Assembly (NCBI GenBank): GCA_963716255.1 | Contig: OY970303.1 | Span: 6,304,001-6,368,000 of the forward strand | Length of the DNA: 64,000 nucleotides | Direction: 5' to 3' | Origin: an uncultured Gemmatimonadales bacterium | GTDB lineage: Bacteria; Gemmatimonadota; Gemmatimonadetes; Longimicrobiales; Longimicrobiaceae | Shown here: positions 9,211 to 19,000 of the stretch, piece by piece | Layout: each line of letters starts with the position of its first letter | Position numbering within the stretch: the first letter of the stretch is position 1 | Made by a program: the position numbers and the translations under genes | The notes under the pieces: generated by a model | Told to the model about the DNA's origin: nothing | Seen by the model: only the letters and a program-made list of their open reading frames with translations | The model's database searches: none

Positions 9211-11234
9211 CGCTCGCGCAGACCGCCCACCGGATCACCGTCGCCTCGCCGCTGGGCGAGGACGTGCTGGTCGTGCGCGACTTCCACGGCGAGGAGCGCG
9301 TCTCCGGGCTCTTCCACTTCTCGGTGAGCATGGTGTCCGAGGACGCCGCGCTCTCCTTCGACGACGTGGTGGGGCAGGGGCTCACCGTGGCGCTGGAGCT
9401 GGCGGACGGCACCAGCCGGTACTTCCACGGCCTCGTCACCCGCTTCTCGCAGGCCGGCGGCTATGGACGGACCACGGTGTACCACGCCGAGCTGCGCCCC
9501 TGGCTGTGGATGCTCACCCTCACCGCCGACTGCCGCATCTGGCAGGCGCAGACGACCCCGCAGATCCTGGAGGCGCTCTTCGGCGAGCTTGGCTTCACCG
9601 ACTTCCGCAACGCGCTCACCGGCACCTACACGGCGCGCGACTACTGCGTGCAGTACCGGGAAACGGCCTTCGCCTTCGTGTCGCGGCTGATGGAGGAGGA
9701 GGGGATCTTCTACTTCTTCGAGCACGCCGAGGGGACGCACACCCTGGTGCTCGCCGACGACGCCGACGCCCACGCCGCCTGCCCCGGGCTGGCCACCGCG
9801 CACGTCCGCCAGACCGCGACCACCGCCGAGTACGAGGACGTGGTCACCCGCTGCACCCTGGAGCGCCGGGTGACCACCGGCAAGGTGTCGCTGGACGACT
9901 ACAGCTTCGAGACCCCGGCCACCGACCTGGTGGTGACGGTGGAGGGGAGCGCGGGGACGCTGCGGGTCTACGACTACCCGGGCGGCTTCGCGCAGACGTC
10001 GGACGGGGAGCGCCTGGCCAAGCTGCGCATCGAGGCGTGCGAGGTGCCGGCGAAGACGCTGCGCGGCGACAGCTACTGCCGCGCCTTCACCGCCGGCTAC
10101 AAGTTCACGCTGGAGGGGCACGACCGCGAGGACGCAAACGCCGCGTACGTGCTGCGCTCCGTTTCCCACTCGGGGACGCAGGACGGCTACTCCAACTCCT
10201 TCGAGGCCTTTCCCGCCGACGTCCCCTACCGCCCGGCCCGCGTCACCCCCAGGCCCTTCATCCCCGGCGCGCAGACGGCGGTGGTGGTGGGCAAGAGCGG
10301 CGAGGAGATCTGGACCGATTCGTACGGGCGGGTCAAGGTGCAGTTCCACTGGGACCAGAAGGGCACCAGCGACGAGAACTCGTCGTGCTGGATCCGGGTT
10401 TCGCAGGGGTGGGCGGGGAAGGGGTGGGGCGCCTTCTTCCTGCCGCGCATGGGGCAGGAGGTGCTGATCTCCTTCCTGGAGGGCGACCCGGACCGCCCCA
10501 TCGTCAGCGGGTGCGTGTACAACGCGACCATGACCGTGCCCTACGCCCTCCCCGCCGACCAGACCAGGAGCACCCTCAAGGGAAAGTCGTCCAAGGCGGG
10601 GGAGGAGTCCAACGAGCTGCGCTTCGAGGACCTCAAGGACTCGGAGGAGGTCTACATGCGCGCCGCCAAGGACCTCACCGTCTCGGTCAAGAACGCCCGC
10701 ACTACGACGATCGAGGAAGCGGACGATACTCTCACGGTGAGCAAGGGCAAGCGCACCGTCACCGTCAGCGAGGGAAACGAGTCGCTCACGGTCACCAAGG
10801 GGACGCGCACCGTCACCGTGGGCGAGGGCGACGAGACGCTGACGGTGAGCAAGGGCAAGCGCACCGTCACCGTCACCGAGGGCGACGAGGCGCACACCGT
10901 CACGGCGGGAAAGCGCGACGTCACGGTGGGCGGCGACGAGACGCACACCAACGACGCCAAGTTCACCCACACCACCGGCGGCGCCTACACCCTCAAGGTC
11001 ACGGGCGACCTGGTGATTGAGGCCACCGGCAACATCACCCTCAAGGCCGGGCAGGGGCTCACCCTCAAGGCGGGGACGGCGCTGTCGGCGGAGGGGCTGA
11101 GCATCTCGCAGAAGGCGAGCACCAGCGTCGCCATCGAGGCCGGCACTACCTTCGAGGTGAAGGGGAGCGCCATGGGCACGGTGGACGGCGGCGGGATGCT
11201 GACGGTCAAGGGCGGCCTGGTGAAGCTGAACTGA
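9207..11234 (+). CDS. vgrG: T6SS spike VgrG/TssI
   Basis: GTGA coupling; YCVQYRET..FVSRLMEEEGIFYFF, GRVKVQFHWD, SCWIRVSQ.WAG, PRMGQEV..FLEGDPDRP; C-terminal beta-helix repeats. Confidence 0.95.
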   Translation: MTLAQTAHRITVASPLGEDVLVVRDFHGEERVSGLFHFSVSMVSEDAALSFDDVVGQGLTVALELADGTSRYFHGLVTRFSQAGGYGRTTVYHAELRPWLWMLTLTADCRIWQAQTTPQILEALFGELGFTDFRNALTGTYTARDYCVQYRETAFAFVSRLMEEEGIFYFFEHAEGTHTLVLADDADAHAACPGLATAHVRQTATTAEYEDVVTRCTLERRVTTGKVSLDDYSFETPATDLVVTVEGSAGTLRVYDYPGGFAQTSDGERLAKLRIEACEVPAKTLRGDSYCRAFTAGYKFTLEGHDREDANAAYVLRSVSHSGTQDGYSNSFEAFPADVPYRPARVTPRPFIPGAQTAVVVGKSGEEIWTDSYGRVKVQFHWDQKGTSDENSSCWIRVSQGWAGKGWGAFFLPRMGQEVLISFLEGDPDRPIVSGCVYNATMTVPYALPADQTRSTLKGKSSKAGEESNELRFEDLKDSEEVYMRAAKDLTVSVKNARTTTIEEADDTLTVSKGKRTVTVSEGNESLTVTKGTRTVTVGEGDETLTVSKGKRTVTVTEGDEAHTVTAGKRDVTVGGDETHTNDAKFTHTTGGAYTLKVTGDLVIEATGNITLKAGQGLTLKAGTALSAEGLSISQKASTSVAIEAGTTFEVKGSAMGTVDGGGMLTVKGGLVKLN

Positions 11235-11235
11235 C

Positions 11236-11913
11236 GTGGCCGACGCCGTGGAGCAGGTCGTCACCGACGACGAGGGAAGGGTCCTCCAGCGATCCTGGAT
11301 GCGCGACGGCCAGCCGCACGGCGAGACCGTGGCCTACGGCCCCGCGGGCGAGGTCCGCTCCCGCGCCGAGTTCAGCGGCGGAAAGCTCCACGGGCGGGTG
11401 GTCACCTACGCCGAGGACGGCGGCGAGCTGCTGCGCGCCGAGTACCGGGCCGGCGAGCGCGACGGCGACAGCACGGTGTACGCCGACGGCCGCGTGCAGA
11501 TGGTGATGCCCTACGCCGCGGGCGTGCTGGAGGGCGAGGCGCAGGCCTTCCACCCCGGCGGCGAGGTGTCCGCCCGGCTCCCCTACGCCGGCGGAAAGCT
11601 GAACGGCGAGGCGGCCTGGTTCGACGCCGCCGGCCGCGTCCTGCGCCGCGTCACCTACGTCGCCGACCGCCCCGAGGGCCCCGCCCGCGAGTACTTTCCC
11701 GGCGGCCAGGTGCGGGAAGCCTCCACCTACGTGGCCGGGCTGCTGGACGGCGAGGTGGTCACCTTCGACGAGGCCGGCGCCGTGGTGGCGACCCAGCGCT
11801 TCCGCGAGGGCAAGCCGCTGGACGATCCCGCCGGCGGCGCGAAGGGTGGCGGCGCGGCGGAGCGGGCCGGGATGCTGGCGAAGGCGCTCAAGACGATCCG
11901 GGGAGGCAAGTAG
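11236..11913 (+). CDS. MORN-variant repeat (YwqK-like) protein
   Basis: ~23-aa repeats Y..G.L.G....Y...G throughout. Confidence 0.75.
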   Translation: MADAVEQVVTDDEGRVLQRSWMRDGQPHGETVAYGPAGEVRSRAEFSGGKLHGRVVTYAEDGGELLRAEYRAGERDGDSTVYADGRVQMVMPYAAGVLEGEAQAFHPGGEVSARLPYAGGKLNGEAAWFDAAGRVLRRVTYVADRPEGPAREYFPGGQVREASTYVAGLLDGEVVTFDEAGAVVATQRFREGKPLDDPAGGAKGGGAAERAGMLAKALKTIRGGK

Positions 11914-11914
11914 C

Positions 11915-12304
<390 letters not shown>

Positions 12305-12329
12305 CTCCCCACCCCGGAGACCGCGTGCG

Positions 12330-12860
12330 ATGAGCGCCTACACCTTTTCGCTCGACCGCAGGAGCCTGGCGACCGTGGTCGCCGGCCTGTGCGCCGTGGG
12401 CGTCCTCCTCTTCTTCACCGGCGTGCTGGTGGGGGTGGGCGCGAGCCTCCCCGGGGACGCCGCCGCGGCGCGGGAGCTCCCCGGCGCCCTCGCCTCCGCC
12501 GACGAGCCGCCGGGCGAGGCGGACGCGGAGGGCCCCGCGGACGAGGTGGCGCGGCCGGCGGCCGACGGGCCCGCCGCGGAGGGCGGCACCGGCGGCCCGG
12601 AGGGCGAGGAGCCGCTGTACGCGGTGCAGGTGGCGGAGTTCGCCCGCGAGGAGCCCGCGCTGGCGATGCTGGAGCGGCTGGGGACCCGCGGCTACGAGGC
12701 GTACCTGGTCTCCGGCTACGACGCGGAGTGGCGGCTGCGCATGCAGGTGCGCTTCGGCGCGTACGACGACGCGGACCGGGCGCGCCTGGCGGCGGACGAG
12801 GTGTCGGCGCGGGAGGGGATCGCCGCCACCGTCGTCCCCGCCGAGGAGCTGGTCCCCTGA
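12330..12860 (+). CDS. Membrane-anchored SPOR-domain protein
   Basis: N-terminal TM helix, acidic linker, YAVQVAEF....A..M...L...GYEAY..VRFGAY. Confidence 0.7.
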   Translation: MSAYTFSLDRRSLATVVAGLCAVGVLLFFTGVLVGVGASLPGDAAAARELPGALASADEPPGEADAEGPADEVARPAADGPAAEGGTGGPEGEEPLYAVQVAEFAREEPALAMLERLGTRGYEAYLVSGYDAEWRLRMQVRFGAYDDADRARLAADEVSAREGIAATVVPAEELVP

Positions 12861-13297
12861 GGCGCCGCGCCCTCGCCGCCCTGTGCGCCCTGGCGCTGCT
12901 CGCCGCCGGGAGCTGCCGGCCGGCGGTGAAGACCGGGTCCATGGCGGTGTACGCCGCGCCGGAGGCCAACAACACCAGCCCGGTGCCGGTGGAACTGGTG
13001 GTGGCCTACGACGACGAGCTGGTCAAGGTGCTCGCGGGGATGACGGCGCGCGACTGGTTCCGGCAGCGGGCGCAGCTGCGCCAGGACAACCCGCGCGGGC
13101 TGCGCACCCTGGCCTGGGAGTTCGTCCCCGGGCAGAGCGTTCCCCTGCAGCCGCTGCGGGTCCGCCGCAAGAAGGCCAAGGGCGCCTTCGTCTTCGCCGA
13201 CTTCTACGCGCCGGGCGACCACCGCGTGCGGGTGGACCCCTTCAAGCGAATCCTGCTCACCCTCCGCGAGGATGGCTTTTCCGTTGACCCTACCTGA
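12857..13297 (+). CDS. tssJ: T6SS lipoprotein TssJ-like; probable CTG start
   Basis: Lipobox AGSC; ANNTSPVPVELVV.YD, WF, WEFVPGQ, FVFADF; directly before tssK; gaggag 8 nt before CTG. Confidence 0.7.
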   Translation: MRRRALAALCALALLAAGSCRPAVKTGSMAVYAAPEANNTSPVPVELVVAYDDELVKVLAGMTARDWFRQRAQLRQDNPRGLRTLAWEFVPGQSVPLQPLRVRRKKAKGAFVFADFYAPGDHRVRVDPFKRILLTLREDGFSVDPT

Positions 13298-13321
13298 CGC
13301 CGTGCCCGCCGGGGCGCCCTC

Positions 13322-14659
13322 ATGATCCCCGGACACCAGGTGCCGGACGGAGTGCAGTGGCACGAGGGGATGCTCCTCGCGCCGCAGCACTTCCAGCTCG
13401 CCGCCACGCGCTCCGAGGAGCTGCTCGGCTACCACGTGCGGGCCGCATCCCCCTTCCACTGGGGGATCCGGCGGCTGCGGCTGGACCCGGTGCTCCTGTC
13501 CAGCGGGACGCTGCGGGTGACGGAGCTGGAGGCGGTGATGCCGGACGGGCTGCTGGTGGTGCACGGCCCCGGGCGGGAGGGGGTGCTGGAGGCGGAGCTG
13601 GGACTGTACGCGGAGGAGGCGCGCCGCGCGCCGCTCACCGTGCACCTGGCGGTCCCCGCCCGCCGCCGCGAGGGCGAGCCCTTTGCCGGGAGCCTGGCGC
13701 GCTACGAGTCGTACGAGGGGCGCGAGGTGGCGGACGAGAACACCGGGGAGGCCGCGCTCGCCGTGCCGCGGCTGCGGCCCCGCGCCGCGCTGCTGGTGAC
13801 GCAGACGCCGCCGGACAAGTACGTCAGCTTCCCGCTGGCGCGCGTCGCCTTCGCGGACGAGTCGTTCGCCCTCGCCGACTTCGTCCCGCCGCAGCTGGGG
13901 GTGTCCCCGGCGTCGGCCCTGGGCGACGAGTGCGCCCGGCTGGCCCGCCGCGTCCGCGAGAAGGCCGTGTACCTGTGCGACAAGGTGCGCGCCAACGCCT
14001 CCGGCACCCGCAGCGCCGCCGCCGCCGAGATGCAGCTGGCGGTGCAGGCGATGACCGCGGAGCTGCCGCGCCTGGAGGCGCTGCTCGCCACCGGCGTGTC
14101 GCACCCGCTGGACGTGTACCTGACGCTCTGCTCGCTGGCCGGGCGGCTGGGCCCGCTGGGGATGGTGGTGCCCCCGGTGTTCCGCGCGTACGACCACGAC
14201 GACCTGCGCGCCGCCTTCGCGCCGGTGCTGGAGTTCTGCGGGCGGATGCTGGACGCGGTGCAGGAGACCTACACCGCCACGCCCTTCCACTTCGACCAGG
14301 GCGCCTTCGGCCTGGCGCTGCGCCCCGAGTGGATGGCCCGCACCCTGGTGGTGGGCGTGGTCCCGCAGACGGGGATGTCCGAGGCGGACGCCGCCGCCTG
14401 GTTCGAGGAAACGCGCATCGCCTCGCGCGGCCGCATGCAGTCGGTGCGCGAGCGCCGCATCCGCGGCGCGGAGCGCAAGCGCATCGACACGGTGGGCGAC
14501 CTGGGGCTGGTGGGGGGCAAGGGGACGGTGCTCTTCGCCATCCGCGTGGAGCCCGACCTGATCGACGCCGACGACGTCCTCCAGGTGGCCCACCCCGCGG
14601 AGCACACCGGCCGCGCCCGCCCCCGCGAGATGCTGCTGTACACGCGCAGCAGGATGTAA
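13322..14659 (+). CDS. tssK: T6SS baseplate TssK
   Basis: VQWHEGMLLAPQHFQ, WGI, AVMPDG, HP, YDHDDL. Confidence 0.9.
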   Translation: MIPGHQVPDGVQWHEGMLLAPQHFQLAATRSEELLGYHVRAASPFHWGIRRLRLDPVLLSSGTLRVTELEAVMPDGLLVVHGPGREGVLEAELGLYAEEARRAPLTVHLAVPARRREGEPFAGSLARYESYEGREVADENTGEAALAVPRLRPRAALLVTQTPPDKYVSFPLARVAFADESFALADFVPPQLGVSPASALGDECARLARRVREKAVYLCDKVRANASGTRSAAAAEMQLAVQAMTAELPRLEALLATGVSHPLDVYLTLCSLAGRLGPLGMVVPPVFRAYDHDDLRAAFAPVLEFCGRMLDAVQETYTATPFHFDQGAFGLALRPEWMARTLVVGVVPQTGMSEADAAAWFEETRIASRGRMQSVRERRIRGAERKRIDTVGDLGLVGGKGTVLFAIRVEPDLIDADDVLQVAHPAEHTGRARPREMLLYTRSRM

Positions 14660-14759
14660 GGGACGGCAAGGGAACGGGGAACAGCCGGCAAACGGCGACG
14701 GCGGAGCTCAACCTCCGGTCCCTTGCTCCCGATGCTGGAACAGTGGGGAGAACGACGGA

Positions 14760-15003
14760 GCGCTCCGGCAGGCTCCGTGTTCGGGGTCGGCCGGGTGAGG
14801 CTCCTCCGGCAGTGCGACACCCGAAGGGACTCGCAGAGCACTCGCCCACCGACGGAGCGAGGGCGGGATCACGCTGGCTTCGCTGCCTGCGGACCCTCTC
14901 CCGACCTCCCGGCGCAGATCCCAGGAACGGCAACAGCCGTGTCGTCGCAGTGCTCCCCCTCTCCCGCTTGCGGGGGCGGGGGGCGGGGGGCGGGGGGAGG
15001 GGG
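14760..15003 (+). repeat. Repeat family C copy 2
   Basis: Matches 1064-1290; again precedes a family A copy. Confidence 0.9.
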
Positions 15004-15009
15004 CCTGTC

Positions 15010-15136
15010 GCGTGAGGGATTTCGGCCCGAAGGGGCGAGACCCCGCGCAGTTTGCGGGGGCTCGACTCCGTTGAGCAGCGTTGTTTGCTGCTCAACGGAG
15101 CCGAAGCCCGACCCCGGCGCAGCCGGGGGCACGCCC
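15010..15136 (+). repeat. Structured repeat family A, copy 3 (between tssK and tssL)
   Basis: Same scaffold; stems ccccgc/gcgggg and gagcagc/gctgctc. Confidence 0.95.
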
Positions 15137-15228
15137 GAGCCCGCGGTCGCCGTCGCCGTCCAGCCGTAAAAAAGCAGTTCGCTTCGAGACAGCACCTACG
15201 CTACACCCGCAGCCCGAAGACTCCAGGA

Positions 15229-16020
15229 ATGAGCTCCGCCACCGCGACCAGGACAGAAGACGCGTTCCTCCAGGAAAGGTTCCGGGAGTTCTACGCCGAC
15301 GTCGCCCGCCTGAAGCGCGCCGTGCTCGCCGACCCGTGGGGGATCGGCGCGCGCAGGGACGCCGGGGCCGAGGCGGGCGCGCTGGAGGGCACGGCGGTGG
15401 GGGCGGTGAGCCAGCGCCTGCTGGAGCTGCTGGAGCGGCAGGCGCGCGAAGCGGGGCGGAGGGGCGGGGAGCCGGGCGCGGCCTTCTACCGCGAGGCGCA
15501 GTACGTCATGGCGGCGCTCGCGGACGAGGTGTTCCTGAACATGGAGTGGGCGGGCAAGGAGGCGTGGGAGTCCAACCTGCTGGAGGCGCGCCTCTTCGAC
15601 TCGCACATGGCGGGCGAGCTGTTCTTCCGGCGGCTGGACGTGCTCCTCAAGGACCGCGACGCGGTGTACCGCGACGTGGCGGCCGTCTACCTGATGGCGC
15701 TCTGCCTGGGCTTCGAGGGCAAGTACCGGGGGACGCGCCAGCGCGAGGAGCTGGAGGACTACCGCAGGCGCCTGTTCGCCTTCGTGTTCCGGCGGCAGCC
15801 TTCGCTGCTCAAGGGCGAGCGGCGCCTCTTCCCGCAGTCGTACGAGCACACCGTACTGGACAAGGCGGACGTGCGCCTCCCGCACACGGGGCGGTGGATG
15901 GCCGCGCTCGCCGTGGTGTCGCTCTTCTACCTGCTGGTCTCCCACGGGCTGTGGCGCGACGTGACGCTCCCGCTGCGGGAGGTCAACACCGAGATCACGC
16001 AGCTCACCGCGGAGCCATGA
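15229..16020 (+). CDS. tssL: T6SS TssL/DotU (no OmpA domain)
   Basis: YVMAALADE, W..NLLE..LF..H.AGELFF, YLMALCLGFEGKY, C-terminal TM helix. Confidence 0.9.
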   Translation: MSSATATRTEDAFLQERFREFYADVARLKRAVLADPWGIGARRDAGAEAGALEGTAVGAVSQRLLELLERQAREAGRRGGEPGAAFYREAQYVMAALADEVFLNMEWAGKEAWESNLLEARLFDSHMAGELFFRRLDVLLKDRDAVYRDVAAVYLMALCLGFEGKYRGTRQREELEDYRRRLFAFVFRRQPSLLKGERRLFPQSYEHTVLDKADVRLPHTGRWMAALAVVSLFYLLVSHGLWRDVTLPLREVNTEITQLTAEP

Positions 16021-19000
16021 CCTCCGTCGCGCGGTTCCTCGCCGGGCTCGCCCCCGCCCTCCCCGCCGTGCTCGTGGCGGCGGCGCTCGTCATCGTCCTC
16101 CTGCTGGGATGGGTGGTGCTGACGCTGCGGCGCTCCCGCTCCGGCGGGCCGGCCCCGGCCGCGTCCGCCGGGGGAGAGGGCGGCGGGGTGTCGTCGCTGC
16201 TCCACCTGCGGCGCTCCTTCACGCAGGGGGTGAAGACGCTGGGCGAGTACGTGCCCGGGCGCGACTTCCGCTACCGCGTGCCCTGGGTGATGGTGCTGGG
16301 CGAGGCCGATTCCGGGAAGAGCGCGGCCGTGGACGCCATCGGGCTGGACCGCCCCTTCGCCGTGCCGGTGGATCCCTCGGGCCCTGAGGCCGGGGTGCGC
16401 TGGGCGTTCTTCAACGAGGGCGCGCTCCTGGACGTTCCCGGCGACCTGCTGCTGCGCGCGGGGGGCGGCTCGGACGAGGCGGGGTGGAAGGTGCTCCTCC
16501 GCCTCCTCCAGGAGCACCGCACGGAGCGGCCGCTGGACGGGGTGGTGCTCGTCGTCCCCGCGGGCGACCTGGTGGGCCCCGGCAGGCTGGGGCGCGAGGC
16601 GCTGGTGGCGAAGGCGGAGGCCGCGTTCGGCAAGCTGTGGGAGGCGCAGAAGACGCTGGGGATGCGCTTTCCCGTGTGGGTGCTGGTGACGCAGTGCGAC
16701 CGGGTGCCCGGCTTCCGCGGGGTGTGCGCGCGCCTCCCGGCGCCGCTCCGGGACGAGGTGTTCGGGTGGTCGTCGCCGTACCCGGTGGACGCGGCCTTCG
16801 CGCCGGAGTGGGTGGACGAGGCGTTCGGCGCGGTGCACGCGGGGCTGTACGAGACGCAGGTGGAGCTGCTCTCGGGCGGGGAGGGCGGGGGCGACGCGGA
16901 CGCGGTGTTCCGCTTCCCGGCCGAGCTGCGGCAGGCCGCCGCGCCGCTGCGCACCTACCTGGCCGAGGTGTTCCAGAAGAGCGTCTACCACGAGTCGTTC
17001 TTCTTCCGCGGGCTGTACTTCACCGGCGACGAGAACGCGGACGCGCCGGATCCCTTCGCGGAAGCGGCGGAGGGCGCCGTCCCGGCCGCCGCCGCGGCGG
17101 CGGGGCCGCGCCACCCGGTGTTCCTCAGGGACCTGTTCGGCGCCAAGGTGTTCCCCGAGGGCGGGCTGGCCCGTCCCCTCCCGCAGACGCTGCGCACCCG
17201 CGGGCGCGCCGTGCGCTGGGCGCAGGCGGCGATGCTCGCCATCGGGGTGGTGGGCGGGGCGGGGCTGTACTTCGCGCACGGGCGGCTGCACGCCCACTCC
17301 ACGGAGCTGCACCGCACGATGGTGGCGATCGAGTCGCGGCTGCAGGCGGTGCACGAGAAGCAGGAGCACGGAGCCGCGGCCGGGCAGGGGCGGCGCGTGG
17401 CGTGGGAAAGGATGGGGGTGTCGCAGCTGGTGCGCGACATGGCGTCGGTGCAGGTGGCCCCCATGTGGTCGCTGGCGATGCCCACTTCCTGGTTCAGCGG
17501 CATCCGCGGCGACGTGGGGAACGCGATGACCGCGGCCTTCAGCAAGGTGGTGCTCCCCGCCACGCGGGACGCCCTGGTGCAGAAGGCGGACTCGCTGCTC
17601 CCCGCCGACGGGGTGGTGGCGAGCGCCGTGATCGGGGCCGAGGGCTCCGGATCGGACGAGCTGTACCGCTACGTGGGCGCGCTCCGCGACCTCAACGTCA
17701 ACGTCCGCCGCTACAACGCCCTGTCCGCCCACGACTCCGCCGGCGTGGAGGACATGTCCCTGCTGGTGGGCTACGCCTTCAACACCGAAGCGCCCGCCAT
17801 GACCCCCGGCCGGCACCGCTTCTACCGCCGCGCGCTCTCGGCGGCCACGGCGCGCCCGCTGAACGGCCCCGGGCGCAACCAGCGGGCGCTGGCCCGCAGC
17901 GACACCCTGGTGCGGCGCGCGTACGACGACCTGATCGCGCGGCTGAACCGGCTGGGGGAGCGCTCCCGCGCCGTGGCGCAGGCCCGCTTCGCCTCCAGCG
18001 ACGGGCTGGACGGCTTCCGCGTGCTCAACGAGGACATCACCGGGGTGCAGGGCTTCTTCGCGGACGACGAGTCGTACTGGCTGGACGACGGCGCTGCGCT
18101 GGGCCCGTCGCTCAGGGCTGTGCTGGACTCCATCCCCGAAACGCCCTTCCTCAGCGGCCGCGAGTTCCGCGACGGCTTCGCCGAGCGCTTCCAGGAGGCG
18201 CGCGCGCAGAAGCTGATGGGGCTGGAGGAGGAGATCCGCTCCTACGGCGAGGGGCTGGTGTCGCTGGCGCCGGCGTACGAGGGCGGCGACACCTCCGCCG
18301 CGCCGCGGGGGGCGCTGGTGCTGCGCGACGCGCTGCGCGTGCTGCAGCGGCAGAGCTTCTACGGCACCGACCCCGCCGTGTCGCTGCGCGCGGCCTCCCC
18401 GCCGGGCGCCTACGTGACCTGGGACCCGGCGTACCTGGACCGCGCGCTGTCGTACCACGCCGACTACGACCGCTTCGTGCAGACCGCGCTCAAGGACCTC
18501 CCCGTGGGGTCGCAGCAGTTCGTGCGGGGGCTGGCGACAGTGCAGCTGGAGGCGCGCATGGCGCGCAGCATCGCGCAGGGGGTGGCGGCGGCGCCCATCG
18601 GGCAGGCCTTCGGGGACCGGGGCGCCGCGCGCGAGCTGCGCGACCGCATCGGGGCGTCGCGCGCCGCGGCCGAGCGGGTGGTGCGCATCCTGACGGTCTT
18701 CAAGGCGCTGGGGATGGAGGAGCGCTACCGGGAGCTGGCGGGGACGCTGCTGGCGCAGGACGACACCTTCCTCCGCGAGGCCGACCTGATGCTGGAGCGG
18801 AGCGGGCTGTACGCCCCGCGCGGCGGCGACTTCGAGTGGTGGAACGGGAGCCGCCCGGTGGCGCCCGCCGCCTTCGCCGCCACCGACGCGCAGGGGGTGG
18901 ACGACTACCTGGCCGCGCAGCGCGCGCGGCTGCGGCAGCTCCTGGACTCGTTCGCCGCGCCGGTGCTTTCCGACCTGGAGGCGCCCGCGCTGCGCGACTT

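Noticed and set aside
14723..15195. Small ORFs over repeat regions sharing peptide motifs such as EGFRPEGARP and YGAEARPRRQPG
   Set aside because: The similarity arises from the DNA repeat in any frame, and indels between copies do not preserve frame; only 24482-24709 was kept because of its double coupling
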